30,990 nucleotides of DNA from the NCBI GenBank assembly GCA_964010765.1, contig CAXGMD010000040.1:1-30990 (forward strand). Direction: 5' to 3'. The notes under the pieces are model-generated. The model made no database searches. It worked only from the letters and a program-made list of their open reading frames with translations, and had not been told where the DNA came from. The position numbers were made by a program, and so were the translations under genes. This DNA comes from an uncultured bacterium (GTDB lineage: Bacteria > SAR324 > NAC60-12). This document shows positions 28,076 through 30,990 of the stretch, piece after piece; position 1 is the stretch's first letter; every line of letters begins with the position of its first letter.

Positions 28076-29152
28076 ATGTTTCAGAAATTATTTCTTTTGT
28101 TGATCAGTCTACTGCTGAGTTTTGAGTTCTCCTTAGCTCGTCCAAAAATTTCTCTAGATGAACGAGAAAACATCCGGATTTATGAGGATGTCAGCCCTGC
28201 TGTTGTCAACATCAGTTCTATTGCAGTAAATTATGATTTCTTTTATCGCCCGATGCCCTCACAAGCAGGTTCCGGGACGGGTTTTTTTATTGACCGCGGA
28301 GGTCATATTGTCACTAATTATCATGTAATTGAAGGGGCCCAAGAATTAATTGTCACCATGCTTGATGAGAGTCGATGGGAAGCCAGTATAGTTGGAGTAG
28401 ATCCCAATAACGACTTGGCTGTGATTAATGTCGATATTCCAGATGAAAGGATTAAGACTTTATCGATGACCGATTCCGACGAAGTCTTCGTTGGCCAGAA
28501 AGTCTTGGCTTTAGGAAATCCTTTTGGCCTACAACACACTCTTACAACTGGAATTATTAGCGCTTTGGGCAGAACGATTGAGGCCCAGAATGGTAGAAAG
28601 ATTGAGGGTGTGCTACAGACCGATGCGGCAATCAACCCAGGAAATTCGGGCGGACCTTTGCTGAATAGTGAGGGGCGGGTCGTCGGAATCAACTCTGCAA
28701 TCATTGGTTCTGCAGGAAGCGTGGGGATTGGTTTTGCGATACCTAGTAATACTGCCCGAAGAATCATCCCCGATTTGATTGAGCATGGGTACGTTCAACG
28801 ACCGTGGTTGGGTGTTGAGCCTATTCCTACTCGTTACTTACGTAGAGCTGGGTTAAATGTCCCAGATGGGTTATTGGTAGCTCGAGTTGTTGCCGGAACA
28901 GCTGCTGGGAATGCTGGTTTGCGGGGGGCTGACAGAGAAATCATTGTTGGTCGTTATCGAGTTCCCTGGGGTGGCGATATCCTGACAAAACTGGATGGAG
29001 AATCCCTGAGTAATGTGGAAGATCTGGCGCGAATCATTGATGTTCGACAACCAGGAGAAATCTTGAACATCACATTCGTGCGAGACAGTAAGACCTACCG
29101 AACCAAAGTTAAGTTAACTAAACGTCCTCGCCCCTCTTTAACAAATCGATAG
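28076..29152 (+). CDS. HtrA/DegQ-family serine protease with one PDZ domain
   Basis: Signal peptide, GSGTGF, TNYHV (His), DLAV (Asp), TDAAINPGNSGG (Ser), C-terminal PDZ (WLGV). Confidence 0.95.
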   Translation: MFQKLFLLLISLLLSFEFSLARPKISLDERENIRIYEDVSPAVVNISSIAVNYDFFYRPMPSQAGSGTGFFIDRGGHIVTNYHVIEGAQELIVTMLDESRWEASIVGVDPNNDLAVINVDIPDERIKTLSMTDSDEVFVGQKVLALGNPFGLQHTLTTGIISALGRTIEAQNGRKIEGVLQTDAAINPGNSGGPLLNSEGRVVGINSAIIGSAGSVGIGFAIPSNTARRIIPDLIEHGYVQRPWLGVEPIPTRYLRRAGLNVPDGLLVARVVAGTAAGNAGLRGADREIIVGRYRVPWGGDILTKLDGESLSNVEDLARIIDVRQPGEILNITFVRDSKTYRTKVKLTKRPRPSLTNR

Positions 29153-29254
29153 TTTAAATTAAATAAAAACAGATAGTTGTGAGAGTGTGCATACATTTTG
29201 AAAATATTATAGAGATTCAAATGGAATTGATAACTCTTTCACTTCAATTGCTTC

Positions 29255-30061
29255 ATGACACGCTTGCTTGTCATTGGCGACGTTCACGGTTGCCTTATCG
29301 AATTGGAAAACCTTCTTAGGAAATTGCGATACCAAGTTCAACAGGACAAGCTGGTTTTTGTTGGAGATCTCCTGAATAAAGGGCCTTTGGGTGCCGAAAC
29401 ATTATCATTCGTCAACGATCTCAAAGATGACGGCGGCGAAGTGATTTATGTGAGGGGGAATCATGATGAGAAATATCTGCAATTCTACCATCAATTTTCC
29501 AAAAGACTTCGAAACGGGGAAAAACCACCCCGCAGATTGTGTCAGGGATGGTTGGGGCCAGATGGTCAGAGCACCATTAGTAAAATGAAAAGTCGTGATT
29601 GGAGACTCCTTTTAGAGACACCACTTTCTTTTCAAACAGGTAATCTAACTGTTTTACATGGAGGATTGTCATCAAAAATTCACTGTAAGCCCAAGCATCT
29701 TTTGGACTCAAAGAGCTTTACATCTAAGCGCAGAGCTGAAATCAAATCTTTGATGTATATTCGGAAATTGCGTAAGGATGGTTCAGTCCCCATTCAGAAT
29801 GAGACAAGAAGCTTGGTGCCTTGGCAAGATCTTTACGATGGCCGATTTGGCTGGGTCGTTTATGGTCATCAACCCACATCGCATGTCCATCACAGAGGGC
29901 ATACTATCGGTATTGATACAGCGTGCTGCTATGGTAATCGACTAACAGCGCTAGTTCAGGAGCCAGGATCACAAATTTATTGGGAATCTGTTTCAGCACG
30001 ATCCTATTATGCGAATTGTCCTCCGCCCAAGCGCCTCAAGTATGCAGCCACCGCAGTTTGA
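29255..30061 (+). CDS. Metallophosphoesterase (ApaH/PrpE/PPP-like)
   Basis: GDVHG, GDLLNKGP, GNHD, HGG, YGH, GIDTACCYGNRLTA. Confidence 0.92.
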   Translation: MTRLLVIGDVHGCLIELENLLRKLRYQVQQDKLVFVGDLLNKGPLGAETLSFVNDLKDDGGEVIYVRGNHDEKYLQFYHQFSKRLRNGEKPPRRLCQGWLGPDGQSTISKMKSRDWRLLLETPLSFQTGNLTVLHGGLSSKIHCKPKHLLDSKSFTSKRRAEIKSLMYIRKLRKDGSVPIQNETRSLVPWQDLYDGRFGWVVYGHQPTSHVHHRGHTIGIDTACCYGNRLTALVQEPGSQIYWESVSARSYYANCPPPKRLKYAATAV

Positions 30062-30458
30062 TCCTCATGATGACAAGACCTTCTCGAATGTAGAACATCC
30101 ACTCCCGGTCATAAAACGCGACAAAAATTGGAAAAAATTACAGGATTGCTGGGAGTTGCAAATTGAAAAATGGATATCTCCTAAAATCAAGGAAAAATCC
30201 CCTTTGAATGATTGGGAAAAGCTTGTTCTACTTGGAACTTGTATTGGGTTTCACCAACGAAATCTGAATTGTAATGATCCAGCACATCAATATATCTACC
30301 CAAAAATTCTGTTCGATGTGCAGAATCTTTTTCCAGAATTTATTACGGAAGGAGCAGATCCAAATCATCCGGATGTCCTTAACCAGGTAATCGATTTTGG
30401 GATTCAATGGGTCTATTACATGGACTGGGATTTGTATATGTCACAGGAGTTGTATTAA
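30042..30458 (+). CDS. Hypothetical protein
   Basis: ORF overlapping the 3' end of the phosphoesterase. ATG 30042 or 30009 possible. No recognised motif. Confidence 0.55.
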   Translation: MQPPQFDPHDDKTFSNVEHPLPVIKRDKNWKKLQDCWELQIEKWISPKIKEKSPLNDWEKLVLLGTCIGFHQRNLNCNDPAHQYIYPKILFDVQNLFPEFITEGADPNHPDVLNQVIDFGIQWVYYMDWDLYMSQELY

Positions 30459-30493
30459 TTCGGCTATGAACAGTCCTCCGTGACCAAAACTCT

Positions 30494-30990
30494 GTGAAAC
30501 ATCCCTTTCCCTTCCTGGTTTTTCCCTCTCTCCTACTAATCCTCTTCAGCAAATTTGCTATTGCTGAAGAATCTTACAGCCAGCATTATTCCGTTCAAAT
30601 TACCACAACTTCGATTGGTGATGGATTTTGGACAGGGTCATTCGTCAAGGAAGATTTTTTGGTGGGTTTACAATTCACCAACCACTCAACAAATGTTACC
30701 AAACAAAAAATTTATGAACATAATATCAACCAACGGAGTCAGGTTTTTCTCATCTTTAATCGTTGGAACCCACTAAGTAATAACTCGTTTTTTCTTCAAA
30801 GTGGCATTGCTCATCGTAAGCAGTATGAGGAAACTGTCTTCAGGCGGGATCGCTATCAAGGAGACACATTAGTTGCTTACGGCCGATTTGGAAGTGTCAA
30901 GCTTGTCTGGCCGGAGTGGGCAGTTAATCTGGGTTTAGGGTGGCATTGGCGCTCAGATCTTGGATTTAGCGGGGGTTTGGGTTATGGACT
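30494..30990 (+). CDS. Probable outer-membrane beta-barrel protein, truncated by window edge
   Basis: Not in the ORF track. Open from GTG 30494 to the edge: MKHPFPFLVFPSLLLILFSKFAIA-EE (signal peptide) ...FFLQSGIAHR...NLGLGWHWRSDLGFSGGLGYG, with alternating amphipathic strands. Confidence 0.6.
   Translation, partial: MKHPFPFLVFPSLLLILFSKFAIAEESYSQHYSVQITTTSIGDGFWTGSFVKEDFLVGLQFTNHSTNVTKQKIYEHNINQRSQVFLIFNRWNPLSNNSFFLQSGIAHRKQYEETVFRRDRYQGDTLVAYGRFGSVKLVWPEWAVNLGLGWHWRSDLGFSGGLGYG

Noticed and set aside
13907..28767. Longer antisense or alternate-frame ORFs (13907-14335, 16109-16411, 22187-22480, 28321-28767 and similar)
   Set aside because: They lie entirely within well-supported genes and show no motifs.
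30555..30776. 73-aa ORF from the track
   Set aside because: It is out of frame within the longer signal-peptide-bearing ORF that starts at 30494 and runs off the window.
1..30990. Genome-wide TGA reassignment (genetic code 4 or 25)
   Set aside because: TGA ends full-length genes at their expected C-termini (moeB 1725, tolB, dgt, uvrB), and Trp is encoded by TGG.

Overview
Bacterial chromosomal window, moderately AT-rich and gene-dense, with about 29 CDSs (two cut by the window edges). No rRNA, tRNA, CRISPR array or IS element was seen. Gene content looks like a marine Gram-negative, deltaproteobacterial/SAR324-like organism, but that is an impression only. Most genes are housekeeping or envelope: tolA/tolB, hup, PBP1A, rsmG, rsmD, a dGTPase, csp, uvrB, an LtaS-like sulfatase and an HtrA protease. 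The main result is that ORFs 508-1140 and 1162-1725 are one reading frame encoding a MoeB/ThiF(E1)-rhodanese fusion (544-1725). It is interrupted by a single TGA (1138-1140) exactly at the conserved Cys of the P-x-C-x-E-x-G-V-L-G motif, and a SECIS-like hairpin follows, so it is probably a selenoprotein. Other points of interest: (1) a non-canonical coupled operon tolA-tolB-HNH-(Zn-ribbon MotA/TolQ/ExbB)-(ExbD-like) with no pal; (2) a PilZ-DUF2225 fusion; (3) a minimal VKOR-like gene divergent from a stand-alone flavoprotein disulfide reductase; (4) orphan pilO/pilP-like genes beside a SprT protease; (5) a CASTOR/POLLUX-like channel upstream of uvrB; (6) a dGTPase resembling the subfamily that includes anti-phage enzymes.
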